A stretch of 64,000 bases of DNA from Dimorphilus gyrociliatus (taxonomy: Eukaryota; Animalia; Annelida), in assembly GCA_904063045.1 (NCBI GenBank), contig CAJFCJ010000026.1, forward strand, positions 536,964 through 600,963, in the 5' to 3' direction. A program made the translations under genes and the position numbers. A model generated the notes under the pieces. That model saw nothing but the letters and a program-made list of their open reading frames with translations. It searched no databases and was not told the origin of the DNA. This document shows, one piece after another, positions 38,812 through 52,110 of the stretch. How positions within the stretch are numbered: the stretch's first letter is position 1; each line of letters begins with the position of its first letter.

Positions 38812-40941
38812 ACAAAAACAAAAAGAACTATGAATATCTTACCTCTCTCATTAACCAGAACATAATTGATTATATAACATTATTGTCAAAGTTTGTAGGC
38901 GTCATAGTCAAGAAGAAAAAGACAAAGTATACATTTCCATTCAAATAAATTAAGGCTTGTAAAACTTAAAGTTTGACATCCATCTTACAAAAAAAATAAG
39001 GATCAGGATAGACTGCATCTCGTTTCTTCATCAAAAATATTTGACTTCGTAATTTCTTCTATTAAATTTCATTGTCACGAATTCTTTTCAAATATACAAT
39101 CAAATTTGATGTTGTAACGTCTCAAAGGATATAACGTTGACATCATACGCATGTCAAATAGTTCAATTGTTAAGATAGCAATCTGATTGTCCCCAAGTTC
39201 CAGCCTCCTTGTCGTCAATAGCCAAAGCTTCCGATTCTTTCACTTCAACTTTCAGTTGACTACCAGTTGATTACTTGGATTCAGCTTTGAGTGAGATGTT
39301 CAAGGAACAACGGATTTTCTCTTATTATAGGCTTTATAATAAGTAATTGATGACTTTTCAAAAAATGATTATACCTGAAACGAAGGAAATAAGGAGTTAA
39401 TGCTTTATATATTCGTTAACTCTTGTTGTAAATTAAATCTTACGGCTTTTTAATCTTGGTCATAATAATTGGTCTTTTTGTAAACCGGTTTAAGTTATTA
39501 GTTGGCTCCAACACTTCCAAGTAAATTTCTTTGAAAACTGTCTGAAAAAATCGTTAATATTAATAGAAAACATATAGTTTACTTTGTCTAAAATATCATT
39601 TTGCCTTTTACTTTGTGATATTAGATCGCAACTATTTAATAAAACTTTATACAATTTTTAATGAAAAACAAAAATTAATCTGTTATGTTTGTTAAGTATT
39701 ACTTTTAATGAATTTATATTCCTGAAACTATATTTGATTTTATATTGAGAAGGATTTTTATTAATACTTACAGAATTCAGTCAGTACAGCAAAACTTTTC
39801 CAAGAACTCCATTGTCCGCCATTTTGAGAAGAAAAATAAACATGCTACAATTTGTATTATTACACCACTTACGTTTTTTTCGTAATTTTTTTAATAGTAA
39901 TTCATAATTAACTATATTTTAACACCTTTTAAGAAACAATAAGATACGAATAAAACATTTTATAATTGCACTACTTTTTTTACGGGTAAAATATTCCGAA
40001 ACTAGTAAACAACTCACTTATTATCGATAATGAATTATTTTCTTATTCCTGCTCGAGATCAGGTTAGAAAATGAAATACTAATAAAAAAATATAAAACTA
40101 TAAATATTAATCGATGACTTCCCCACTGAAAGAACAAGCAACTAATTATATTGAAAATTTTTATATTTTAGCTTTAAAAGAGAAATCGACTAAGTAATAT
40201 ACAAAAACCACTGAATCTCTTTTACTACTGGATGGAAAATTCAACAAGACTAAATATCTAAAAAAAACTCTCAGTGTTATAAATTATATTTATTCATAAT
40301 ATATTTACCAGTTTATATCCTGCAAAGGAAATACTAGTTTACTAGTTTGCACTTCTCCATTTTAAACAAGCAGAGAAGAATAAATCCAGTGATCTTACTA
40401 AAGAAAGCACCGACAAAAAGGACGGATACAGGTTGGCATTGAAGTTTGGGCAACTAACTCTAAAACTAATTAGGATAGTTTTCTAGAACAACAACGATTG
40501 AACCGATGATGATCAATATGATTGCTTTACATATTGAGGATGATGTAGAAAACGTTGCGCTTTCCGATATGATTCTTGGACCTTACTACAATTTTAGTAG
40601 TAACAAAAACCAATAGGCTCAAAAGGCAGATTGCAGTTTGGCAGCTTCCTCCGTTACTTCCGTACACTTCAAATCAGGAATTCCTTATTGATTTATCTTT
40701 GGAAAACGATTGAAATGCTTGGTAATGGAGAACTTGAAAGAGATTATTCGACTCCGAAAGCAAGGTTTATAGAACATAGGAAGAAAGTATAGCAATGCTC
40801 AAGAAGGAAAGAGATACTCCTGCAAGAATAACTAAAGATCAACATTCTACCTTAAATAAACCTGGATATCGTCTCGTACCATTATCAAACGAAGAGTTGC
40901 AGATAACAAGTCATAGCTTTGTATTAGCGACAATATACGAG

Positions 40942-41523
40942 TTATACTTGACCATATCTGAAACACGTAACTAGATGATCATTTATCAGACCGCAGGCTT
41001 GCATATAAGCATACATTATCGTTGATCCACAATATTTAAATCCTCTTTTCTTAAGATCAGCACTCAATTGATCCGATTCTTTACTGGTTGCTGGAACATC
41101 TCCAGTCTTTTCCCATTTGTTTACAATTCTCTTATTGTCTACAAATTTCCAAACATAACTGTCGAACGTTCCAAACTCTTTCTGTATATCTAAGAACAAT
41201 TTTGCGTTCTTAACCGTAGAGTTGATCTTTAGTCGATGCTTTACTATTCCGGGGTTTTTCATAAGATTTTCAATCTTTTCTTCTTTGTATTCCGCTATCT
41301 TCTCAACGTCAAAATTGTCGAAAGCTTCTCTATAAGCTTCTCTCTTCTTTAGAATGGTTCTCCAGTTTAATCCCGCTTGGGCACCCTCAAGCGTCAGAAA
41401 TTCAAAATGAATCCTATCATCGTGAACTGGAACACCCCATTCCTTATCATGGTAGACAATTTCCTCTTCACAGCCAAGGCTCCAATCACACCTGATCAAT
41501 TTGTCCACTTTTCCTTCGGCCAT
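40942..41523 (-). CDS. tag: DNA-3-methyladenine glycosylase I (Tag family), intronless, ~193 aa
   Basis: RCDW...YHDKEWGVP...FEFLTLEGAQAGLNWRTILKKRE.YR.AF...GIVKHRLKI...LKKRGFKYCGSTIMYAYMQACGLINDHLVTC; Zn ligands (Cys, His, His, Cys) and substrate-pocket Glu/Trp present. Likely start ATG 41523 (upstream in-frame ATG 41550). Confidence 0.95.
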   Translation of the reverse strand: MAEGKVDKLIRCDWSLGCEEEIVYHDKEWGVPVHDDRIHFEFLTLEGAQAGLNWRTILKKREAYREAFDNFDVEKIAEYKEEKIENLMKNPGIVKHRLKINSTVKNAKLFLDIQKEFGTFDSYVWKFVDNKRIVNKWEKTGDVPATSKESDQLSADLKKRGFKYCGSTIMYAYMQACGLINDHLVTCFRYGQV

Positions 41524-41844
41524 AGTCCCTATGTTTTTCAACAAGGGCAAAGAAATGCGGGATAATCGACTAACAACCCTAATTTTGACTCTTTACAAAA
41601 TACTCTTGGAAAAAACTGGTATTGAAATCTTTATAATGAAAAGAGATAATGCTTAAGATGAGTGACGCGAAATGTCAATGAACGTTTAGGAAGCGCTTAC
41701 ACTTTGACAATGTTCAGTATTACTTTTCTCCTTGGCCAAAATATCATTTAGTTTTATTCAGTTAATTAAAACTAACAAACAATAAAAAAAGCTTAACGTT
41801 TACATTACAAATATTATATTGACAATGTAGTTCGCTCGGACATA

Positions 41845-43053
41845 TTACATTAATCTTCTCTTAGAACCAAGAATTGAGGGTCCTTTGCGTAATCGTTTCG
41901 ATGATCGAACCCTTTCCTCTTCAAATAGTCCCCTGCGAAATCGCTTAGATGATCGAACAGTTTCCTCCTCGAGTTTATTCCTCTTTTTAGCACTAACGCA
42001 ATCTTGCTTTTGATCTTCAAATAGTTCCTTTCGAAGTTTCTTCTTTTTAGCACAATCTTGTTCTTCGTCTTCAAATAGTTCTATGTCAGATTTGCTCTTT
42101 TTAGGGCTAGCAGTATCTTGGTCTTGGTCTTCATATTGTTCTATGTCAGATTTGCTCTTTTTAGGACTAGCGGTATATTCGTCTTCGTCTTCATTCGGTT
42201 CTACATTGGATTTGCTCTTATCTTGGTGCTCGTCTTCGTCTAGTTTTATGTCGGATTTTTTCTTTTTAGGACTAACAGTATCTTGATCTTCATCTTCAAA
42301 TAGTTCTATTATATCAGGTTCACTCTTTTCAGGGTCAGCAGTATCTTCTTCTTCGTCGTCGTCGTATAGTTCTATTATATCAGGCTCATTTTTTTTAGGG
42401 CTAGCAGTACCTTGATCTTTATCTTCAAATAGTTCTATTATATCAGGTTCACTCTTTTCAGGGTCAGCAGAAGTATCCTCTTCTTCGTCGTCATATAGTT
42501 CTATTATATCAGGCTCGCTCTTTTTAGGACTAGCAGTATTTTGGTCATCATCTTCAAATAGTTCTTTGTCAGATTTGCGCTTTTGAGGACGATTAGTATC
42601 TCGGTCATCGTCTTCAAATAGTTCTATGTCAGATTTGCTTTTTTGAGGACTAGCAGTATCCTGGTCTTTGTGTTCGAATGATACTATGTCAGGTTTCCTT
42701 TTTTTAGGTCCAGAGTAATTCTGATCGAGTTCAGCAAATAGCTCCCTATGAATTTGTAAAGCGTACTGAACATTTTCATCTCTCTCATCCTCCAATTTAC
42801 TGCTATCATAATTCTGCGATTCGTTTCCAAACAGATGAATGAGAAAGTCCCAAAAATCATCATCAGAGCTTCTGTGACTTTGTTCAAGCTTCTTTTCTTT
42901 TTCTAAACACAAAAAATAAATAGTTAGTGGTTTCTTGAGTGGAGTCATTTACATACCGTATTCTTCACTTACGACTTTCGCTATTTCATTGATCCTATCG
43001 ATGAACTCATCAGTCCATTCGCTAAAAAATTGTGCAATTTCATCTTCCGACAT
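41845..43053 (-). CDS. Acidic/basic tandem-repeat protein (~385 aa), 2 exons (43053-42957, 42902-41845)
   Basis: Open frame through ~10-11 repeats of D(I)IELFEDxDQDTASPKKS. The upstream exon MSEDEIAQFFSEWTDEFIDRINEIAKVVSEEY joins in frame via GTATGT donor 42956 and TTTAG acceptor 42903 (54 bp intron). Further 5' exons are possible. Confidence 0.8.
42030..42700 (-). repeat. Coding tandem repeat, 57-66 bp units with an AB-AB higher-order pair
   Basis: Recurring TCTTCAAATAGTTCTAT..TATCAGG..TTTTTAGGACTAGCAGTATC; alternating IIELYDD..ADPEKS and IIELFED..SPKK units. Confidence 0.9.
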
Positions 43054-46000
43054 CACACTCTGAAAACGGATGTCACAATATATTAATTATAGGCGAAAAC
43101 GTTTAGAGAACACCTCCCTTCAACAAGTTCAAGCTAACCATGTCGAAAGGCGGATTTTGTACACGCAATATTTAAATTTTTTCATTAATGCAAAGAAAAC
43201 AATGATATCTTACTGTACTGTTGTTTGGTTGACTTGTATATTCGTTTTCTATATCCTGAAAAGTACCCATATCTTCGGTCATAATTTCTGCATGAAACAA
43301 ACTAAAATATCTCAGTTATTCGATGTCTTTTAAAACTTTTAAGTGCAAAAACTATATAAAAAAAATTACTTTCGAGATGCCTTCGCCAAAAAGCAATTAA
43401 AGAAAAAATAGTAAAAAAAATACTATTTGATATTTATTGTGGAAATTCGAACAGCGTGCATATGAATATCAATATACGAATTGTGCATTACCACATATCC
43501 GGTTATCCAGTTTCCTGTTTCTGTCGCAAATATTCTCATCTTTTTTTTGTTAATCATCTTACAGGTGAAAGGCAGAAAAACTGTATATTATTAAATAATA
43601 ATATTATTTAAATTACTTTTTAAGTTGGAAAATCCGTTTAATACTAAATTTTTGTTAAATACCCCCATTGTCGCTCAAGCATTAAAGTAAAACTGTAGAA
43701 CCAATAAGAGTAAGATCAACATCTTTTTTGATGGAAATCAACTTTGACAATTTGTTTAAACTGGAAATTTTGTATCTATTAATTCTGTACATTGCTTGTT
43801 AATTTTTTAAATTTTAAACGAAACTCATAATCTTTTTCTTTTGAAGTTCACGATTTTGATTTTCCAGTCAATTATATAATTATTAATCAATATTGATTAT
43901 TCCTTGAAGTAAAGTTTTCTTATCTAAATAAGATCCTCATCCTAATTCAAAGTAAAAATATATCATAAAATTAATTTTATAATCTTTTATGCTGATTATA
44001 CTAACAGTATCTTGATCTTCATCTTCAAATAGTTCTATTATATCAGGTTATACTTTTTCTGACGAAGCTTTCAAGTGAACATATGCTCTTTAATCTTTTC
44101 ATTCGCACTTGGAACTTATCTACAAAAACAGTATAAAATGTGCTTTTCAATTTTTCCGATATTATTCAAATAAACGTGATTTAGACACATAATTTCTTTA
44201 GTTACTACATCAGATATTAATATCTATTGTTTCGTAAATATAGTTTTCAATTTACATTTTCTTCTTTCTAAATAAAACACTTCAACGTATAGTTAAAGTA
44301 TATTGTACTTTTATAGTTGCAAAGTAACCATCCTCGATTAATTCATTAAAAGGTGAACTAAATATCATGTATCGTTCAAGGACTTCATTGCTCTCTTGTC
44401 TGGCGGGAAAATATCTATGCCGTCTTTGGGCTAACGACTAATAAAATTATAATTCCAAATAAGAGTGTTTGCTCCTTCCAAATCAACTATCTTTACAGAC
44501 ATTCGTCAATATGACATGTATACGGAGCGTATTTTTTTAAAATCATTGGATTTAAGTATTTCTTTAAATAGTGTTTAAAATTCTTGGTAAAGACTGAAAA
44601 TTATGTTTTTCTTCTTATCTAATAAAGTGTATACAGGAGCTCTTCTTACTTTACAAAATACAACAAGTATATACAATCACTTGTACGCATCTTATCCAGT
44701 TACAACATGCATTACGTCTATAATAAGTAAATATATTGTTTACAGTTTATCGTTTGTGAATCTTGACAAAATTTAATAGTCACATATAATTTCGGAATTG
44801 CATTAGTGTTTCTTGAATATGTTAGAGTAGTTCATTAGTACATTCTTTGAAATTTTCTGTTTGTTACTATAGATTGATATAGAAATAAAGTTTCATATCT
44901 CTTCTTCGCAAAAGCATAACTTCGTCATAAAATTTGTTGAATAAAAATTATTTTGTAGAAATTTAAAGTTCCATTAAGACACATCCATAGAACAAATTGA
45001 ATAAAACATTATAATATTCATATTTTTTAAATACTCCTTCCATAGGATGACATTTTTCCCAATTGTGTACACTTCTATTTTCAACCTTAACGTAATACAG
45101 AATTTTAGAAAAGATTAGGCTTACATCTATATATCTCTTATTTTTCTTTCTGATATTCATTTTAAAAGAATAAAGAATCCAAAATTACTAGTACCTTTCG
45201 ACGTTTTTGCAAAAACTAACCTTTAGTACTCTTATCCAGACCAAGACATTCTAAAGAACATTCTGTTCTTTGTTTCGTATTTAACATTCTTGTTCTTTTT
45301 CTGTTGTATTCCTTCAAAAATTGTCTTTACCAAATAAAAACTATGGATAAATATATTCTTTTTGTTTTTAATAAATTTATAAATACATGACGCTGCATAA
45401 AGATTTTAGAACAAGTTCCAACAGCGTTCGTTCAATGTAATGACGTACGGTCAAAGATGGGAAGTGACGTCATGAGCAGAAGTTTAACTATAGAGAACAG
45501 GTAACCCACTCGTATGAATGCTACTGAACAGAGATCCTCCTTAGTTGCATTGTTTTTTCTTAAAAGAATAATTAAAATTAAGTTTTTAATATTTGAAATA
45601 TTTAATAAACAAACTTTACTCAGTGGGTCATTGCAGCAGATATCATCCATTGATCTGAGGCTTAGCGTAGTAAATTGAACAAATTATACTTGTTATGAAT
45701 AATCTGTTTATAAAAGCAAATTTACTAAAACTAAACCACTTGTTTTTTCTTTGTTTGACGATAACTTGACCTAAATAACCGACATTTTTCTGTAAGTAAT
45801 AAGGAATAGGGTTTCTGTTCTGTAAGCAAGTTTCAAGATTCTAGATATAGTATAATTGCCTTGACATCATAAAGCCATCTTCATACATCTGTCTTTAATG
45901 ATCCATTTCGTCCAAGCTGTCTGTAGAGTTATTATGCTTATTTTACATCCTAATCATTCATTATCATCATCATCATCATCGTCGTCGTCATCATCAATCA

Positions 46001-47822
46001 TGTAATTTCTTATGTTATTTCACTCATTTGTCCTCTTTCATCTCGTTTTTTTTTCTTTATACTTTTCCTCATTCCATTAACTTTATCAACATTTTATTAT
46101 CGCCTATTTCCTTCTTTTATAGTACATCTTGAAAATAATTTTGATCTTCTTTACTCGTTTGTACTTTACGTTTAAAGAAGCTGCTTATGTAAACACCAAT
46201 CATTTAGAGATTTTTTCAACTTTCTCCTTAGTATACTGTATTGCTAAAATAATGCCTTCTTCTTTCAATAACAGCTTTAGCAGTTTCCTTATCTATGTAT
46301 GAAGGTTTTCTACAGAATCTACTATTGTTTTCTAGCTATAGAAATGAGGACATTTATAAAATATAACGCGAGACGAATATATTGAATACTTACAGAATCT
46401 TTTTTCTTTAGGGTTGGACTCTTTTCTCAAACGTCATATTATCTTCTAGTGATAACTAATTGGAAATTTCCCAACTTACAATTTGTTTATTTAACATTTC
46501 CAGTGGATTATTATGATAATAAATATATATGTAAACAAAAAATACCTTCGACTTCAAAACAAATTCAGCGTTTTGCGCATAACGTCATTTCCGTTCTGAA
46601 AAGATGCGGTGTCCATGTATAATTAAAGATGGCGAATATTCGTAAACTACACGAGATTTACAAGTAAAGTTCTTAGATTGGTTGATAAGAAAAATAAAGG
46701 TAAATATTAATTAATACTATAAAATACATAGTGACAGCGAACAATGATATACTTTTCTGGAGGCTGAGAAGCATGCGTATAAACCGTTTTTTGAAAAAGG
46801 TTGAAAAAGATCCATGTTGAAATCAAAGAACAACAACAAAGAACTAACAAGAAATTGTGATAAGAAATCTTCAAATTACACTGAAACCCTTTGAGATCGA
46901 TACTTGACAAATGGGAGAAAAATGAATAAATAGTCAATAAAGAAGACATTTGATAGATTATAAAAGGTAAAGTTTATATGTTAAACAAAGCAATTCTAAG
47001 ATATAATATAATATAATAGATAAACTTTTTAACAGTCAGAAAGAAAGTTGTTTATATCCTTGAACATTTTGATCTACGATCTGAAGAAGAGCAAGTTTGA
47101 ATAAAACCTCCCACACTACTTTGCGAAACAATTATTCTTAAAGCATCAGCAGGCAATGACCTAAAAATTATCGATTTGTAGAATCATATGACCAATGGAT
47201 GTATTATATTAATAATAAGATGGTGTAGTTAAACTTATTGCTGAACCGCCGCTACACTCAAGGAATCAACTCCCTGAATCGATTTTAATCCTTTATTAAA
47301 GTAAAAGGTGTGATAATTGATATCAGTTCACTCAGAAATTGCTGTACGCGATTTCGTATTTCTCTAAAAGAAACTATGATCATTAAAAGCAGTAAAGTTT
47401 GAGAAGATTTCGATGATTATGTTATTAAGTGACACAATTTTTCGTACATTGATTTTATCAACAAACGAATGATAATAAAATTAATGATAGTGATAGTTTT
47501 TTTTACAGAGAAAAAGGAGAACGGAAATAATTACTTCAAAAACTTTTACATCCAACTAAAGAAAGGAAACATCAATACGAGAACCATTGAAATTGTTTAG
47601 AATGTAAGTCTTTTTTTTACATTATTAACAATTAAGTAGTTATGAATCGAAAGTAGGATATTACTACACTCTATCTTGTTAGTAAAGTATGAATTCACTG
47701 AAATTTACACTCTCAAGGTTAACATATAAAATACAGTTTGTTGTTTAACGGAAACCGTTAAAACTGGTTAACGGAAAAATTAAGGAATAATGAATGGATA
47801 ACGCCTCATTTCTAATACTAAA

Positions 47823-47828
<6 letters not shown>

Positions 47829-47859
<31 letters not shown>
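47829..47859. repeat. (AT)n microsatellite
   Basis: Direct reading. Confidence 0.95.
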
Positions 47860-47862
<3 letters not shown>

Positions 47863-48294
47863 TATATACTATTATATTCGATATAATTCAATATTTGTAA
47901 GTAATAGATTTACAAGAAATCAAAGATCAATTGTATATTTAATTTTTGAAAGTTTAAAAATTATGCTAATTATTTCCGATAGACGGAACTGATGTTGATG
48001 GTTGTTTGGTCACGTGGTTCGATTAGTATAAATACACAACCGTTGAACCCCGAGAATCCAGTTACCATTTTGAGTAGACCCAGTGACTTTCTGTTTATCA
48101 ATTGTAAAAAACAAAAGTCCATTATTCTTGAACATTCCACTTCTATTTTGTTCTGATCCTATAATCCTATTCAAAATGTTATAACCAACAAGTCATGGAA
48201 ATTATCATGTCTTGTATCACATTTTTCCAATATACTTCATACGATATTTGTCAATGAGACACAAAAGAAAAAAAGTCTGATATACAATATAGTA

Positions 48295-48485
48295 TTTTGA
48301 CCAACTTAAACTCTGATGGTAACTTGAGAATGAACATGGTTGAAAAACCATGTTGCTTTTTTTTTTTCAATGAAAACAGCCGATATAAAACTCGGCAATA
48401 AAAACGCGGTTGACGGAAAAGTCAGCCATGTTAATTGCGACAAATCTTTGTCCCACGTTACCCGTACCGGAAGTGACGTCGTTGA
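48295..48485 (-). other. Diverged copy of the triple-hairpin element
   Basis: AACATGGTT/AACCATGTT (48333-48354), GCCGA/TCGGC (48379-48396), AACGCGGTTGAC/GTCAGCCATGTT imperfect stem (48403-48432), CCGGAAGTGACGTC at 48467. Confidence 0.75.
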
Positions 48486-48959
48486 TCCGCCATATTAAAG
48501 AATGTCCCCAAAATTGGAGATTTTTACGTTTTATCACACGATTTCAATATCCAATGAGCAATATTTAATTAAATTACACATAACAATTGCATTTACAATA
48601 AGATATAGTACATATAAAACAGAAATAAATGGTAATTGAACGCCCATTTGACCGGTATATTTTTTAAAGAGTCTTGGGTAATACCTAAATTTCGTCATTG
48701 TGAAAGAAAAAAATAATTAACGAAAATGAAGAACTAGGCGAAATATATAGATTTTAATGATAAAGAAAAGATCTAGTTAATAACTGAACATTAAACTCAT
48801 TAAAATAGTATGATTAGATTTAATGGGATACTGAAATATTTTTTTTTTTTTTGAATTGAAATGAAAAGACTAAATTGAGAAACAATTTAATTAATTAAAT
48901 TATATGGCAATTTGACATTAAAAAATTAATAATATCGCTTTTCCATTGACCAGCCTATC

Positions 48960-51900
48960 CTTCCTATATTAGCAATAATAAGGATCAATGTTTTCCAATC
49001 CATAACGGTCGAAGAACAAGATGGCGACAATCAAGAGAACGACATAACGTCATTTAAGAACGATGGTCAAAATGACAGAGGATCGATCTTCTTCGAATTA
49101 TCCTAATACTAGAATCGACATTCTGAGGAACAAAAAAAAAAAACGAATCTTCTGAGAAGTTTAATGGCATTAATTATCGGAAATTCTATAAGAATATTAT
49201 CGTTCCATTAAAAGAAGCAGACATAGTAGACTCCGAAAGATGCCAAATATTAAAACGAATGAGGATTGCCTCGAATATTACGATATGAATGATGGCGAAG
49301 ATAACTTTACAAATCTATTAAAGACTCTAGAGTATACTTATGGGGATACTTCAATACGAGGAAGGAGGATTGTTGGACGAATTCTCAATAAGACAATACT
49401 CTTTCAACCAAGCGTTACAGCAAATTGGGTTGAATTCAAGAAACTTCTCATGTTTTTGAAATTGCCGAATTACAAAGAACGCTCACAATTTGACAAACTT
49501 AAGCAATATACCGAAAGGCTTCCAGTACATATCCGGAGCCACACATATCGATAACGTTATGTTCAAACACGCTTTAGTAACTTTGATCTGATCGTAACAA
49601 AACTGGTACAGTATGTCGTATGAATCATTAAAGCGATTGAAGATTATTCCTATCCATGGAGGACTACAAACACAAACGTAATAGCTTTCAATATTGTCGA
49701 ACAATCAGGTATAGACCAACAGTCACCTAAACGACAATTTAAGAAGTATGCGCATCCCATTTCGAACTCAGAAGATAATGGTAAAGAAAGAGAAACACAA
49801 ACTCTATCACCAACACAAGAACTGATACAATTTTTAAACCGCTGTTCGAACTGCCTACGAGGTGGACATATGAGCGAGAATTTCCAATTAAAATTCAGTT
49901 GTAATAGATACAATCGAGCTCATTATACATCCTTATATCATAAAGAGACAACGACTCCGAAAACGTTATTTGCTATTAATTATAACCAATTAAAAGGGGT
50001 TCGGGAAAGAATACCTGTTTATGAGGCAACAGTACCTGGAGACGATGATAACGGAGAAAGTCAAAGTCATATTTCCTCAACGAGGGGAGTAAATGTGACA
50101 TAGATGCGTACGTCGTAGATTCACTATCCACAATACCAAGACAGTCTGCCATACAGATCAATTCGAGGTACACCGAACCACCGCTTCCGAATGGTCGAAT
50201 CGATTTACTTATTGGTCATAGCATAGGACAAGATAGTACACACGCCCACCTTGTGGTCCTATAAAATCATATACAACCAAAAATTATACTTTTGTTAAAT
50301 ATGCTCTTTGATGGTTCCGAACTACCTCCCCTTATGATAAAGCTACAAACTCAACTACGATAAATTTCAATATGATCCACCAAGAAACGGTCCCGAAAAT
50401 TCACTATTTTAATCCAATTATTCAACTGTCCAATGTGGACTAGCTTGATATGGATTCTCCCTGTTCAATTAGCGATATCCGAGCAAACCACATCATGGCA
50501 AATTATAAACAGCCCACTAATGAATACTGGACTTACCCTCTCCCCTTCAAACATGACCCAAGCACATTACAGAATAACTACGCCATGGCGAGAGGTAGAT
50601 TCCGGGCTGTCCGTCGAAAGCCTATTTACAATGACGAGTATAAAGCAGGAATTCAATCCTTATTTAACAATTACTACGCTCGACAAGTACCACATAAGGC
50701 AGTCAAATTCTATTTACCACACCATGGCGTATCTAATCCAAAGAAGAAAGTAATACTCATAGTCTTTAACGCCGCCGTAAAGTATGAAGGCTATTCCTTG
50801 AACGGCATACTTGTCGCTGGACCTTCGTTACTAACGAACCAAGCCCACATCCTCACATTATGGTGAACTCAACCTTATTTTATATTAGCTAACATCAAAC
50901 AGATGTTCATGAATATACTTGTCGACAAGAAGCATCAACCATATTTTGGTTTTCTTTACGAAGATCCCAAGAAGGAGGATAACATCCTTTTCGCCGTAAT
51001 GACTCGTCACATATTCGGTGCAACAAGCTCTCCTTTTAGAGTTTGTACGGCCTTAAACGCTACTATGAACCAAGCATCTTCCCTGAGTATCAAAGAGAAG
51101 AAAACCATACTAAAGTCATTCTATATGGACGACCTTATTCTAGTAGGAGATAACAATGCCAATCAATAAGCTACTAGAGTCTTACTCGTTGCACAAAGAG
51201 GAAGACGGAATCTATATCACTCTGGGAAGATTGGGAAGATTGAACGAATCCCAACAATCAAGAAAGATCATAGTCGACGACCGCCATCATATTCTCACTG
51301 AGCTAATACACCAGATTCATCACGAAATGAATCATGCATCGCTCAGGACCATCTGGTCAAAGATGGTTTGAGTATCTACACCTCCTTTATGCCACAATCG
51401 GAATTAAGAAGGTCTTGAAAAGGTGTAAACCATATCTGTCTAAAACTCACAAGAGAACTGTCATGAGAATGGCGAACTTTGCCCGAATCCCGTACTGGGG
51501 AAATTCTTCAGCCCATTCGAAAATTGCATTAAAAAGACAATCGGTATGATAAAAGGGATGATAGACACCAGAAAATTAAGAAAAAACAAGCAATTGGAAT
51601 CGGACACTATCCGCTTCACCATCTCAGCAATCGAGAGTATGACGAACTGTCGGCCCATTAGCTTCGGTATCGATGAATTAGGAGAACCAGTTACGGTATC
51701 ACCTGTCGACTTTATAAGACTGAACAAATTATCTATGAAGGATGGTAGCTACGACCCAGCCGATGTTACCAAAGAACGACAGCTCTTAAATGCAAAATGT
51801 TGCACCGAATTGCTTAACCGACTATACAAAAGGACCGAGTGGCAGAAGAACAATTACAAGCCAATTTTACAGCCAGATGTCCTCGTACTATACCTCGATC

Positions 51901-52110
51901 AACTATCTATGCACAACTTCAAACTGGGACGCATAACCCGTAAGGTCACAGAACGTACCTTTGAGATATATACCGGTCACAGCAATATCGAAAGAGACGT
52001 CCGGGATATAATCCCCTACCTACCAAATGAGTCTCTGTCTGTTTCTCTTTCCTCAACGACGACATTAGCAATAATAAAGGATCAATGTTTTCGCGCGATA
52101 CCTATTTTAT
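48960..52110 (+). mobile_element. Most complete BEL/Pao LTR retrotransposon relic (gag-RT-integrase-DUF5641-like), frameshifted and internally deleted
   Basis: FYLPHHGVSNPKKKVILIVFNAA...SLNGILVAGPSLL; NIKQMFMNI...MTRHIFGATSSPF...SFYMDDL; GRL...HHILTELIHQIHHEMNHAS; IESMTNCRPI...VSPVDF; PDVLVL...FKLGRITR. Confidence 0.92.
49015..49025 (+). promoter_or_regulatory. YY1-like CAAGATGGCG motif (also ~1381, ~26149, ~34591 reverse, ~39815 reverse, ~46627)
   Basis: Matches the AAGATGGCG/AAAATGGCG YY1 consensus; function here is untested. Confidence 0.3.

Noticed and set aside
39000-40930. Possible spliced gene (minus strand 39.0-39.8 kb) and coding-like tract (plus strand 40.35-40.93 kb)
   Set aside because: Splice-like signals exist, but every frame I tried contained stops and no family motif was recognised.
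40942-41550. tag as a bacterial contaminant segment
   Set aside because: Composition matches the flanks, there is no operon context, and the neighbours are spliced genes. It is not formally excluded without read support.
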